Assembly: GCA_965287045.1 (NCBI GenBank)
Contig: OZ336870.1
Span: forward strand, 86,490,001-86,554,000
DNA from: Carcharhinus amblyrhynchos
Lineage: Eukaryota
Length of the DNA: 64,000 nt
Reading direction: 5' to 3'
In this document: in pieces, positions 36,050 to 47,741 of the stretch
How positions within the stretch are numbered: the stretch's first letter is position 1
Layout: the number at the start of each line of letters is the position of its first letter
Position numbers and translations under genes: made by a program
Notes under the pieces: generated by a model
What the model was told of the DNA's origin: nothing
Seen by the model: the letters and a program-made list of their open reading frames with translations, nothing else
The model's database searches: none

Positions 36050-38640
36050 TGCTCAGGTGGTAAGGTATGCCTCTACCTCATGGAAATCATCGCTCTAAGT
36101 GATGACTTGCCATGCTGTACTTGCGATGTTATATGTTGCTCTTGGTGGTAAAGGTTGTGTGTGATTGCTGATCTTGTGTCACTTGTTAATGATGTTGATG
36201 TGACACTGCTTGTTGGTGATGCTGTTGATGTTTTTTCACTTATTAGTGACATGGCTGATATTTCTAATGCCCTTTTCTGCCGTTCTAACTTGGGTGTAGG
36301 TGAAACATGGCTCTGCTTACCAGTTTCAGTCTTGATGATGTTTGACCTTGGAGCCTCAGCTTCACCAACAACTTTTGCTGAGTTCCAGTTATTCATAATT
36401 GGATTCTATACATGCACAGTTTGTCTTCTCAAACTTGGGCAAGGACTTGCCATACTTTTAACTTTCTTCTACTTGTATATCAGGGAGTTGTTGTCTTACT
36501 TCCTCCTAGCCATTTAAAGAATGTATCTTCCTTGATAGAGCTGTCTTTTATGTTTTATCTCTGGAGCCAATTTGCATCAGTTTGAGAAGTGTATTTTGAG
36601 CAGCAGTCAGGCAAGATTGGTGTCTACCTTTGTCGCTTGGCACTTTGAAAGTCTTGCTGGTCATCTAACTATCATTCTATGAAATTATGTTCCCCTGGGT
36701 CATGAAGTGATAAGGTTGTGTTGTTGAACCTATCCTTTTCAATCATTCCTCTAACTAGCTTGAGGTGAAGCAGGTTCCATTATCACATATCACCTTTCAG
36801 AAATCATTTGCTTAGCAATCATCATTCTCACTGCTCTGGTGACTGTTGTAGTTCTGAACTCTTCCGTCTTCATGATAAATGAGCATTTTGAATAATGGTC
36901 TATTACCATAAGGTAAGTTTGTTGTATGTGAACAAATCTGTTTTCACAGTATGCCATGGTCTGGATGAACATACAAATTAGGAGCAGGTCATTTGGTCGA
37001 TTGAGTCTGCTGTGCCATTCAGTAAGATCATGGCTGATTTGATTATGGCCTGTCTCCATATTCCATCTACTGCCAATAGCCTTTAACTCCAATGTTAGCC
37101 AAGAATCTATCCCCCTCAGGCTTAAAAATATTAATTGACCCTTTCTCCACTGCTCTTTGGGGAAGAGAGTTCCAGAGATTTGCAAACCCCTGAGAGAAGA
37201 AATTTTTTCACACCTCTTGAGGTCCGTTGACCTCAGGTGGAATTTTCTGGCTGCGCTTGCCCAAAAACAGGAAAATCATGCCTGAGGCCATCCACCATCC
37301 ACTGCAATTCCAGTGAAGGGTGGGATGGGATAATTTCCTCCAGCGTCTCCTCTTTCTAGTCTCTCCTGCAAGGGGAAATATGCTTTCGGTATCCACCCTG
37401 TCAAGTTTCCTGAGGATCCTATATAAGGATAATAAGATCACCTCTTCTAAACTACAGTGGATACTGGCCCAATTGAGTGAACCTTCTCTGAACGTCTTCT
37501 AACATATTTGTGTGTTTTCTTAAATCAGGAGCCCAAAACAATGCAGAGTTCTCCAGATGTGGCCTGACCAACACCCTGTGTAACTGTGGCAAAACATCCC
37601 TACTTCTATATTCTATTCCTCTTGTAATAAATGACAATATTCCATTTGTCTTTTTAATTACTTCTTGCATTCTAAGTTTTTGTGATTCATGTAACAGGAT
37701 ACTCAGATCCTTCTGGGCCTCAAGACTTCTGCAGTCTCTCTATACTTAAATAACATACTGCTGTTCAATTCCTGCTAGTGTGGACATATTTACATTTTTC
37801 CACCTTATACGCCATCTGCCAAATTTGTGCCCACTCAACTTATCTATGGCCCTTTGCAAACTCCTTATGTCCTCTTCACAACTAACTTTGCAACCTATCT
37901 TTGTCATTAACAAATTTAGAAACCATACGTTTGGTTCCTTCACCCAAGTCGTTGTTATAAATTATAAATAGGTGAGGCCCCCCGCACTGATCCCTGTGGC
38001 ACTATCTTGTCAATCCAAAGATGACCCATTTTGGTCTACTTTCTTTTTGCAGCAATCAATAATCGTTTCACGGTCATCATTAGTGTTCCCCAGTATTTGG
38101 GCTTTTGACAAGCTCTGTAGTATGATCTGAACATGGAACATTTCTTTCCATCTGTGAACTCGTGGTTGCCCACAGTTCTTGCACACACTTACCTCTTTCT
38201 GGTGTGCATTCTTGATGTCTCACTACGTCAAACCGCAACCTTTCCCTTGATTTAACTGAAGATTAGCTGTTTGGGTAATCAGCGTCTTCATCTTTCAAAT
38301 AGTGGCTTCGTGTGCTGTGGCAGTGTCAGCAGCCTGTGATATTCAGAGCTGTTTGTTCATTAATGTGTGCAGAGCCCTAAATAACTTGATCATACAGCCT
38401 TTCATCTGTTTCCTTGAATTTGTATTTGCTCATTTCCATCTATTTAAAAGATGCAATCTTTTCTTTCCAGCCCAAAAAACAATGTAGCGGATCCTTTTCT
38501 CGTCACTCGTGTCTTTTGGAAAACTAGTGAATGTCAGTCTGCACTTCTCAAGTGCCTGTATGACGTTATCAGTCTCCCAATTCATGGACTGGAGCTGTAC
38601 ACTCATTGCTGCAGTGGGCATTTAATTTTCATATGATTAA
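36050..38640 (-). mobile_element. Decayed Gypsy-type LTR retrotransposon internal region (gag and integrase), split by a CR1
   Basis: Gag N-terminus MNWE...KCRLTF...YIVFWAG (38430-38621). Zinc-knuckle remnants CKNCG...H...C..RACQKP (about 38085-38190). Integrase TYLMVIDHYS (about 36890-36920) and an LGRK.RTTLP-like remnant (about 36480-36510). Confidence 0.7.
36966..38045 (-). mobile_element. CR1 3' fragment with a nested MITE-like insert (about 37215-37345)
   Basis: KKTNGILSFITRGIEYRS...LVRPHLE. Tail at 36966. Confidence 0.85.
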
Positions 38641-38669
38641 TTCAGTTTTTCCTTGGTAATACAGAACTT

Positions 38670-38800
38670 GAATATTGCTGGAAGGAAAGACATGTTGCCA
38701 AAGATTTTCATCTTGCACTCATCTGAGCAAATGCAAGAATACCAAACTTCAAACAATTGCAACAATTTAAACTAAGGGAGAAAAACATGTTGATTGATAG
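38670..38800 (-). mobile_element. Degenerate PLE terminal repeat (third family) with a hammerhead-like core
   Basis: Minus strand cagatgagtgcaagatgaaaatctttggcaacatgtc resembles CTGATGA-stem-GAAA-agctt. Confidence 0.4.
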
Positions 38801-40290
38801 GAAAGCCTTTTCTGATTCATTTCCAGAAGTTTGAAATAATCACACTTCTATACAAAAGTAATAGAACTTGCATTGTGATTTTTCTTTTCCCCCGATTTCA
38901 CTGGTACGGAATGATAAATTGTTGCTTTAGACTCCAAAGGTGTCAAGGGATATGGGGAGACTGCTGGAGTATGGAGAATCAGCCACGATCACGTTGATGG
39001 GTGAAGCAGGTTTGAAGAGCCGAATGGCCTATTCCTCCTCTTTTGTATGTTTCTATGATGCACTGACCGTACTGCAATAACTAATGCTGTGATACTTGGA
39101 TATAAATATATACCTATGCATGACAACATAGTTTCCAAGTCATTTTAGAATAATACAACAATATAACAAGTATCTTTAAAAATGATCTTGTGTAGCAACT
39201 CCCAGATACAGATTGTTTTTGGGAAAGTGTGATGTATGGACCAGAGCATTTGGCTACAACATGTTTGTGTCACCTTCCTGCAACGCAAGGCTGTCTAACC
39301 TGGAAGAACGTCCAGAGGTTAGTAGGGCTTATGGATCTTATTTCCTTGCACATCAACACACAGATTTTGACCCCCACACAACATGCTATTTCAGTGCTTT
39401 CTCCTTTCAGTGTTGCAGCACAAAAATCTCCGAAGAGTTTCTTGCTTTCCTTTGAAGGTTATATCATTTAGACACCAGAATTCAGCAGTAGTATAAGAAA
39501 TGATTATTGTCATTTTCTGCTGCAGTTTTCTAGCTTCCTATCCTATAGGGTCTATCTGGAATATGAATTAGTGAACATGATTGGCAGGCTGTAGTGTGGG
39601 CATGACAGTTTGAAGTTGACAGATTTGAAATCAGTTGACCATGGATAACTTCACAGCTTTGTCCAAAATGTGTATTTCAGCAGGAATCGGTTCTGATTTT
39701 TGAAATGATTAACATGTAAACTTAAGGTTCATTTTAAGCTCCTGATTCAAGTCAAGTTTATAAACTTTTTTTCGGATTCACTAATCGTTTTTTGACCCAA
39801 TTTGAAACTCCTGAGTTTAAAATCTCGATCAGTAGCCAGATAGCCAACTGGTAACTGTTTTCTTTTGGGGCCAGAAAATGGAGGAGTTGGCATGTTGGGA
39901 ATTCAGAGGCATGTCAACTCTGACAAATTTAGTCATCTGATACTAAATGAGGCAGGTTTGCAGTGCTCCTGGACACCATTAATAATTGTCCAGCCCTCTT
40001 GTGAGAAACCTCAATTTTAAATAGGTAATTATAATGGCTTCACCCTGTTGTTAAAATAATACTGATTGGAAAAGCTCATTGTTCTTGTAGATTTCTCAGT
40101 AGATGGAATTAAAGCTTCTTTAACATCACAATGAAGTTTCTCTGGTCAAAAATAAGCTACATGCCACAAGTGGCATATTTAGATGTTCTTAAAATACTTT
40201 TTTCCTTAATTAGCTTAAAATATCATAACCACAGTTATTGAAACAGTGAAAATAACATTATGGTGTAGTTGAACTAACTTGGTTTAATTA

Positions 40291-40405
40291 TTGAAGGAGC
40301 AGTGCTTCGAAAGCTCATGGTTCCAAATAAATTTGTTGGATTTTAACCTGGTGTTCAGAGACTTCTTTCTGTGCCCTCCGCAGTCCAACACCAGCATCTC
40401 CATCC
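40291..40405 (+). mobile_element. PLE 3' terminal fragment (older relative of family 1)
   Basis: tgaaggagcagtgcttcgaaagctc...aaataaa...gttggattttaacctggtgtt...cagtccaacaccagcatctcc, homologous to 46680-46796. Confidence 0.8.
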
Positions 40406-40712
40406 CATCTAGTTTAGGAAAGCAATTGGATCATGAATGACAAGTTGCATTTAACTAATTTGTGTTCTAAACTTAATATTATTAATTAATATGTACCTAT
40501 TATTTATTATGTTAAGTATGTGGAGTAGGTATTTCATTGCCCTCAATATCTTTTGTTTCTTTAGATTGAGTTCAGTGGACATAAAAGTGAAGCAACCAAG
40601 TTGCGCAATCCACAGTAGTGATTTACTGTGAGTGTACATCACTATGGTTGGACAAACTCCATAAACAGGTTCTCAATTGCTCAAAATATTTTCTGTTCTT
40701 TGTAATTAAATA

Positions 40713-41264
40713 TCTAGTTAAGAAAGCCCATCAATACCTCTACTTTCTCAGGAGGCTAAGGAAATTCGGCATGTCCACGATGGCTCTCACTAACTTTTAC
40801 AGATGCACCATAGAAAGCATCCTTTCTGGTTGTATCATTAGCTTGGTATGGCTCCTGTTCTGACCAAGACCACTAGAAATTACAAAGGGTCATGAACAAA
40901 ACCCAGCCCATCATGCAAACCATCCATTGACTGTGCCTACACTTCCAGCTGCCTTGAAAAGCAGCCAGCATAATCAAGGACCTCCAGCATCCCAGAGATA
41001 TTCTCTTCCATCTCCTTCCATCAGTAAAAAGATACAAAAGGCTGAAATCACGTACCAGTCGACTCAGGAACATCTTTTTTCCCTGCTGCCATCAACTTTT
41101 GAATGGAGCTACCTCATATTAAGCTGACCTTTCTCTATGTCCCAGCTATGACTGTAACACTACATTCTGCACCCTCATTTATCCTTCCTGATGAACAGGT
41201 ACAGCGCGCGAGAAACAATACTTTTCGCTATATACTAATACATGTGACAATAAATCAAATCAAA
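40713..41264 (+). mobile_element. Rex1/Babar-clade LINE 3' fragment
   Basis: KKAHQYLYFLRRLRKFGMSTMALTNFYRCTIESILSGCI. Tail aataaatcaaatcaaat. Confidence 0.9.
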
Positions 41265-42999
41265 TGTTTGAAATAATGCACCATAACTTCCTTGGATGGC
41301 AATCAGCATTGTATTGCCACTTCATACAGACTTACCTGCAATTAAATTCTTGAGTACCTGTCTCGCCCAAACTTCCTGACTCAGACTGGGAGAATTCAGG
41401 CAGCAAAGCAGATGGTCAATTGTAAAGGAGGACACACTTTTTTTTTCAGTCTTGATTTTTAGTGCAATTATAGCTTAATTTATCATAAGATTTACAAGGC
41501 CCTGATTAAACAAAATAGACTATTGGAAATAACATAAACTCGATACAGTAGAAGCAAGTGTGCAAAAGTAGCACTCAGAGAAAACAATGCATACACAACC
41601 TGGTTTATATTTGTGCAGCATTTCAGGCCCATTCTCTAAATCGGGATTAGGAAAAAACTCATAACAAAATAGATCTAAACCTCCTTTTTACAGCACTAGC
41701 TGTAAAAGTTTAACCGTCCTGTTGGAAGTAACAGGCCAAGGAGGAGGCAAGTATCGAAATGAATGAGGTGGAGGGGGCGAGGTGGGGAGGGGGTTGGTGT
41801 TGGTGGAACATGGGGTGATGGATGCAAATATTGGGAGGAGGGAGTGTGGGTTCTGACACTCGGGCTAGGGAAATGAGTTAGACATTGGTGTGTGGGGTTT
41901 TGCTGGGTGAACCCTTACTTGGGAACACTCAACAGGGATTCCCCAGTGCATCTTTGGGGTACCCCTCATTTCTGATGCTGGGGAGCTAGGAAGCTGCCGG
42001 CAATGCTTTCAATATTATCTATATGAATAAAACATTTCACAATAACTTGGTGACGTTTTATTCATAAGAATGCCATTTCACATCTTCATTATAGTTTTAC
42101 TTGAAAGCCTCAGCCTCTCTCAAAAACTTAAGCTTCAACTTGACTTTTTGGCAAAGAATTGTGAGCTGAATTTGAAATATATAATTTGAGCATGCATGTG
42201 CCTGTGCCTAATTTTGCAGATTGAATCAGTATTCAACCAATTGTGCTGTTTTTATCTTTAACTTCTAATCAGCTGTTTGTCTTTGTTGAGATGAAAATTA
42301 AGGGGCAGTGTGCATACATTATGGAAAGTTGCATGTTGCAATTGTGCATTATAACTTGTGTTCTTCAGGAAATACATTAAACTGAAGGGGAGAGTAAACC
42401 TTTGTGTTGATTTCAACTTTCAAGAACCACCCACGCTAATTACATTTTAAAGTTAGCTGCTTATTTTGATTTTTGTGACAATGAGGAAAGACGATTGTTA
42501 ACCATTGCTTATGAGAGTCAGAAAAAGACAATGTTAATTCAATCTTGGAGGCAAATAATTAGTTTATATATGTTGGGGAGGAAGTATTAGGAAGTAAATG
42601 CAGAGCTTTCATCAACAGTGTCTCATTCCCAGCATTGTAACTGGAACAGTGTGCCACTTAGCCTTTCACTTTCTCCATTTCCCATGCAATTATAATTAAA
42701 GTTCCAAGTGCCAGTCGTGTCCATGGAAAATGTTGCGATTCAGCATCAGGGGAAGCATATCATTGGTGAAACTCACCGTCAGCTGATAATGCAGCAGGTA
42801 CTGGTGGCCATAAAAAAAAACTTTCTGGACAAACAGAATCTGCATCACAGCCATATCTTTCCTGCCCAACTACATTTCCGTTAACAATAAAACTTGAGAG
42901 CACAAAGGTGCAACGTGTGTTTTTCAAATTAAAATTTCATTTAAAAATACTTCACATTACATTTGTTTCATTTCATTCATTTGTGCACCATGGGTATTT

Positions 43000-43480
43000 A
43001 GAAACAAAGAAATTAGGAACAGGAGTAGGCCATTCAGCCCTTTGAACCATCTCAGCCATTCATCATGACCATGGCTGATCTCGTTTTTCCCCCATATCCT
43101 TTTTGATCTCCTTCAGCCCATAAGTTATATCCAATTCCTTTTTGAAAATGTACAATGTTTTGGCCTCAACTGCTTTCTGTGGTAGCAAACTCTACAGGCT
43201 TATAACTTTACATCATATCCTTAGACTACAACTCCTGGTTCTGGACACCCCAGCATTGGGAACATCTTTCCTGCATCTACCATGTCTTGTCTTGTTAGAA
43301 TTTTATAGGTTTCTGAGATGCCCTCTCATTCTTCTGAACTCCAGCAAATATAATTCTAACGGATACAATCTGTCATTCATCTGTCCTGCTTTCCCAGAAA
43401 TCAGACTGGTAAACCTTGACTGCACTCTGTCTACAGTAATAACATCCTCCCTTGCATAAGGAGCCCAAGACTACACAAAC
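43000..43480 (-). mobile_element. CR1 3' fragment
   Basis: Tail aggagtaggccattcagccc. Reverse-complement RMRG.L.ETYKIL motif at about 43295-43335. Confidence 0.8.
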
Positions 43481-44011
43481 TATTTGTGGAGACTAACTTA
43501 TTCTGAGATCCAAATGTATTGGCATGGTTGGGACACACATTGATACTAATTGGGGATTTAGGGAAATTTTATTGTAGGAGAAACAATGTGTGATTATTGC
43601 TCACACTTTATTGAAAGTTTGTGTTAGTATCCAATGTTGTACGCATCTCTGTGAGACATGAATAAATTTGAAGGCTCAGCTGGCTCTGCAAATGATACAC
43701 TGTATAGGAATTGTCTGAGAGCACTTTCTCAGAGAGGATAATTGAGATATTGCCGGTGAGCTCAAAACCCTGTAAGGATATTGTGAGCAAACACCATGAG
43801 ATGGGCATGTATTTGGACACCATTGACATTGCCCTTTAGGCTGCACATTTTCTTACCTTTGAATAGCTGTTCCCACCACTCTCTGGACACTAGGTGCCCC
43901 CCACTTCTCCATGCTCCTGACCCCTTCCATAATCCCCGTTACTACTGAGTGACTCCTGCTGGTCTTGAGCTTCTGTGCAACTTGCCGTTCTCCTGCTTCG
44001 TCTCCTTGTGC

Positions 44012-44292
44012 TGTTGAGTTAAGCAAGGAAAACCATTAACTTTAAAAATAACTGCTCAAAGACTCTTTTTGTGCACATATATTGGGTAGATGTTTTGTTG
44101 TGCTGCCATTTTAAGAGTTTGGTCATGTGTTTAGTTTGTGATGTCATTGGCTGCTGTGTGGGCTTTTAGTCAGTGTTATCCTAGCCTTTGTATGGTGAAC
44201 GATTTCTCAATAAACCTGCCTTGTTGGCTGCAACCAATCCATGTGCTGAGACTCCACTTTCTTTTATCCTCACAAGTGCAACATATTCAACA
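44012..44292 (+). mobile_element. Probable solo LTR
   Basis: TGTTGA...TCAACA inverted termini and AATAAA at about 44208. No TSD visible. Confidence 0.5.
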
Positions 44293-45025
44293 CACCCACC
44301 TTTAAATTTCAGGGAATTCTTGTATACCACTGATTTCATCCCAAATGTAGGACCTCATTTAATAAATGAAAAGAGGTGACCAGCAGAAGAGGAGAGGTAA
44401 TAAGAAACAGGAAAAGAGAGATAACTGAGGAAAATGTGGCACTGTCTGTATTCTCTGACTAGGGAGAGTCTGTCAAACCCTGGAAGATTGATTAGTGTTT
44501 AAATAATATCAGTAAATCTGTCACGTTTTTTGAAAAATCCATATAACTCTTGTAATAGTCCAGCAAGATTTTGCACAATAAATGCAACATTATGTCATGG
44601 TTTTGTTCTGCATACATTTGTGGTCAAGCCAGCAGATACTGCTATTGAAAAATTTTTGTTTTAAAATAACTTTCTCATCTTTCATCCAGTCGATTAATGT
44701 TGATTTTCTGCTGTTTGAAGGTAGTTTGCAAACTAAGTGTTAAGTCAGGAACTGACATTTCAAACTCATCATTATTAATTCTATATTCTTCTAACTTTTG
44801 ATCCCTCATTGGATTCCCCAGTCTTCTTGCTCTCCTGACATCCCTCATTTTTGCTCATTAGCATTTCCCAATGTCCCATTTTCCTTGCTTACACATTCTA
44901 TTGCTTCAGTTTTTATCCATACCTGCCTCTCACTAATACTGTTTCTGTCCTTATTTTATGCCTCATCTCTTGTGGCCCATTTGAACTTCAGAAGTATTGG
45001 GAACATTGGAGCAGGAGTAGGCTAT

Positions 45026-45337
45026 GTTTTTAAAATTTTTATTGAAAAAAAGAAAATTCAAATTGAATCCAATTCATAGTCCCCACATATGGGACAAACT
45101 AGATCCAAGCTGACAGGATGAGGCATTGCACCCCATCCCAGGCTTGATGTGACAATTCCATCGTAGCCAAAAGGCCAAGATTGCTTTAAAAAAATTGCAT
45201 CAGGTAAAACCTCGGTTTGGCCTAATTGGCCATTCTGATCCTTTACTTTACCCTAGCCCAGGCAAACCAGCACACCTGGGGTAAATTAGGGTAGCCTCAT
45301 CACCTGCCTGATCATTGACTCTCCCCTGCCAGGTAAT
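45026..45337 (-). mobile_element. U1/U2 snRNA-derived SINE-like element (SINEU-like)
   Basis: Minus strand begins TTACCTGGCAGGGGAGAgtcaATGATCAggcAGGTG (U1 5' end). Contains TCTTGGCCTTTTGGCTACGAT (19/21 to the U2 5' end; 45160-45180). Ends AATAAA plus an A-rich tail. Interrupts a CR1 tail. Second copy at 47541-47672. Confidence 0.75.
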
Positions 45338-46291
45338 CCCTTGAATGTTTTCTGCCATTCAGTAAAATCGTGGTTGATTTGCACCATCATTCCAAATACC
45401 TGGCTTTCCCTTGTACCCTTCTTAATTGTTTGGTTAAGAAAGTTAGATTAGTCTGAGATTTAAAATTGGTAATTGATCCAGCATCAATTTCCAATTGTTG
45501 GTGAAAGGTCCACATTTCTACCATTTTGTGTATAGAAATATTTCTTAATTTCACTCCTGAAAGGTCTGGCTCTAATTTTTAGATAGTGTTTCCAGTATTA
45601 AACTATCAGCAGTGGGGGTAGTTTATTCATCTTATCCGCTCCCTTAATATTTTTCGAACAAATCACCCCTTAACCTTTTAAATTCCAGGGAAAATAACAC
45701 ATATCTGCATAATCGCTCCTTATAATTTAGCCCTTCAAGTCCAAGTATTATTCTAGTAAATCCATGTTATATTCCTTTCAAAGCCATTACATCCAGCCCA
45801 AGATGTAGTTTGCAGAATGACCAGGTGTGCTTGAAACAAGGCTTTACTCCCTTGTATCCTACTCCTGTGGATAAGGCAAGTATTCCACTAACCTTGTTGA
45901 TTATTTTCTATATCTGTTTTTGACATTTTAATGGTCTGTTTACATGGACCCCAAATCTCTTTGACCGTCACAGTTTTCAGATTTTCACCATTAGAATGTA
46001 TCCTATTCTATTTTAATTAGATCCAAAATGGGTGACTTTACATTTTCCCAAATTGAATTTCATTTGCCATAGTCTTGCCTGTTTACTTGACCTGTCACTA
46101 TCTTTTTATGATTTTGTGCTTTCATCTACACTGCTTATAGTGTTTATCTTTGTGCCACAGCAATCCTCAGCTAAATTATTAATGAAGATGGTGAATAGTT
46201 CAGGCTCTAACAGGCTCCTTCTGAGACACCAGTAGTCACATCCCACCATTTAGAGTACCTGGCTCTTATTCTTCCTCTGTCTCCCGCCGCT

Positions 46292-46796
46292 TCACTTCAG
46301 TGGTCACGGGCATTCAGCCTCTGACCTTCGGGTAAGCATTCTCCAAGGCAGCCTTCACGACAGCGCAGAGTTGCTGAACAGAGACTGATAGCCAAGTTCC
46401 GCACACATGAGGACAGTCTCAACAGGGATCTTGGGTTCATGTCGCACTGTCTGTAACCCCCGTGACTTGCCTGGGTTTGCAAAACCTCACTTACTGTACT
46501 GTCTGGAGACAATACACATCTCTTTAAACTGTGATCAGTGCTCCTTCCACTCACATTATCAGCCACTTCAGGTCTTGAACAGCAGGTTAGGTGTAAGGAT
46601 TCGCATTCTAATCAGTAATCTCTAAACTGTCTGTGCTTTATATGCTGTGTGTGAGGCCAGAACTCTCCATTCACCTGACGAAGGGGCTAACCCCGAAAGC
46701 TTGTGAGTATATTATCAAATAAATAGGTTGGACTAAAACCTGGTGTTGTCAGACTTTTTACTGTGTTTACGCCAGTCCAACACCGGCATACCCACA
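46292..46796 (+). mobile_element. 5'-truncated Penelope-like element: GIY-YIG C-terminus plus terminal repeat
   Basis: HFSGHGHSASDLRVSILQG...QRRVAEQRLIAKFRTHEDSLNRDLGFMSHCL* (one frameshift), typical of the PLE endonuclease end. TSD tcccgccgct (46282-46291 / 46797-46806). Confidence 0.92.
46671..46706 (+). ncRNA. Minimal type I hammerhead ribozyme motif of the PLE
   Basis: tcac-CTGACGA-a-ggggctaacccc-GAAA-gctt-gtga: helix I tcac/gtga, intact core boxes, a 4-bp helix II, and helix III reduced to a palindrome (aagctt). This matches the minimal hammerheads described for PLEs. Confidence 0.75.
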
Positions 46797-47540
46797 TCCC
46801 GCCGCTCAGCCAACTTCCTAAGCGTTCAGTAATTTTCCTTCATGTTGATGAGCTTTCGCTAACAGTCTCTTTGAGAGATTTGATCAAATGCCTTCTGAAA
46901 GTCCAAAGGAATGGCATTTGTAGACATTCCCCTGTCCATTCTTTTAGTCACTTCTTCAAAGAGTTCAGTCAGGTTTGTCAGGCTTAATCTACTCTTCATA
47001 AAAACCAGAAAACCAATGATGCAGAACAGCTGTAGGAGGGGAGTCGGTGGAAACATTGTAGGAAAACTGTATATATGAATGCATTGAGAGCAGGTATTAC
47101 AAGGAGAATACGATAAGATGGCATTGGAGACATGGGCATCAAGGGGGGCAATAACAGAGATTTTTGGGGGTTCCAAATTGGAGTGTGGGACAGCTGGACG
47201 TATCAGAGGCATAGGATTGGAAGTAGCTCAAGCAAAATGATCAGGGAAATCAAAAGGGGAAGGACTTATAGAGACAGTCATCTAACTTCCCTCAAGCAGC
47301 ATCACAGAAGTCTGCTTTTTTTAGCAACTGAAATACATGACTATTTGTAAACATTGATGAAGAAATAAAGTTTACTTGGCTCAGTGTTCTCATCCCCAGA
47401 TGCCTTTTGGTAAAGATGTGGGTGAGTTTTGTTGTAATATGTTTACTGTGACTTTTATAATGCTGGTACTTGGCAAACATGAAAGGGATACAATATCTGA
47501 CTATGATCTGGTGCTCCTATGTTACAACAACAGTTAGCAT

Positions 47541-47672
47541 GCATCTCTGCCATTTGGCTAAGATCAAGCATCAGATCAAGCCCAGGATGTGGTGCAGTGC
47601 CTTCAGCTTGGATTTTATTTGTGTGTTTTCTGGGGACCTTGAATTGGGTTCAGCTAGAATTTGAATTTGGTT
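47541..47672 (+). mobile_element. Second copy of the snRNA-derived element (U2 segment plus body)
   Basis: TCTCTGCCATTTGGCTAAGATCAAG (47544-47568) is 23/25 to the U2 5' end. Body atcaagcc..ggatg.ggtgca.tgcct...cagcttggat...tggggac..tgaattgg.ttca matches the reverse complement of 45055-45150. Confidence 0.7.
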
Positions 47673-47741
47673 TTTGGAGCAAGGAGTGGATTTGGGTCAG
47701 CCTGCACCATTCTAAGCATTGACTTTGTAAGTTCGAGGTTT

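Larger units (their letters stand above)
44985..46985 (-). mobile_element. Old CR1 fragment hosting the snRNA-derived element and a PLE
   Basis: Tail ggagcaggagtaggc (45008) resumes at cccttg...ccattcagtaaaatc (45338). LDFQKAFD and LTNLTELFEEVT at about 46875-46985. Confidence 0.8.

Noticed and set aside
36073-36517. Ser/Thr-rich 107-aa ORF and the antisense 120-aa ORF
   Set aside because: Lies in the low-complexity tail downstream of a decayed Gypsy integrase.
45268-45336. Functional U1 or U2 snRNA gene
   Set aside because: Only partial, diverged segments with a deletion, embedded in a CR1 tail with no room for a PSE promoter.
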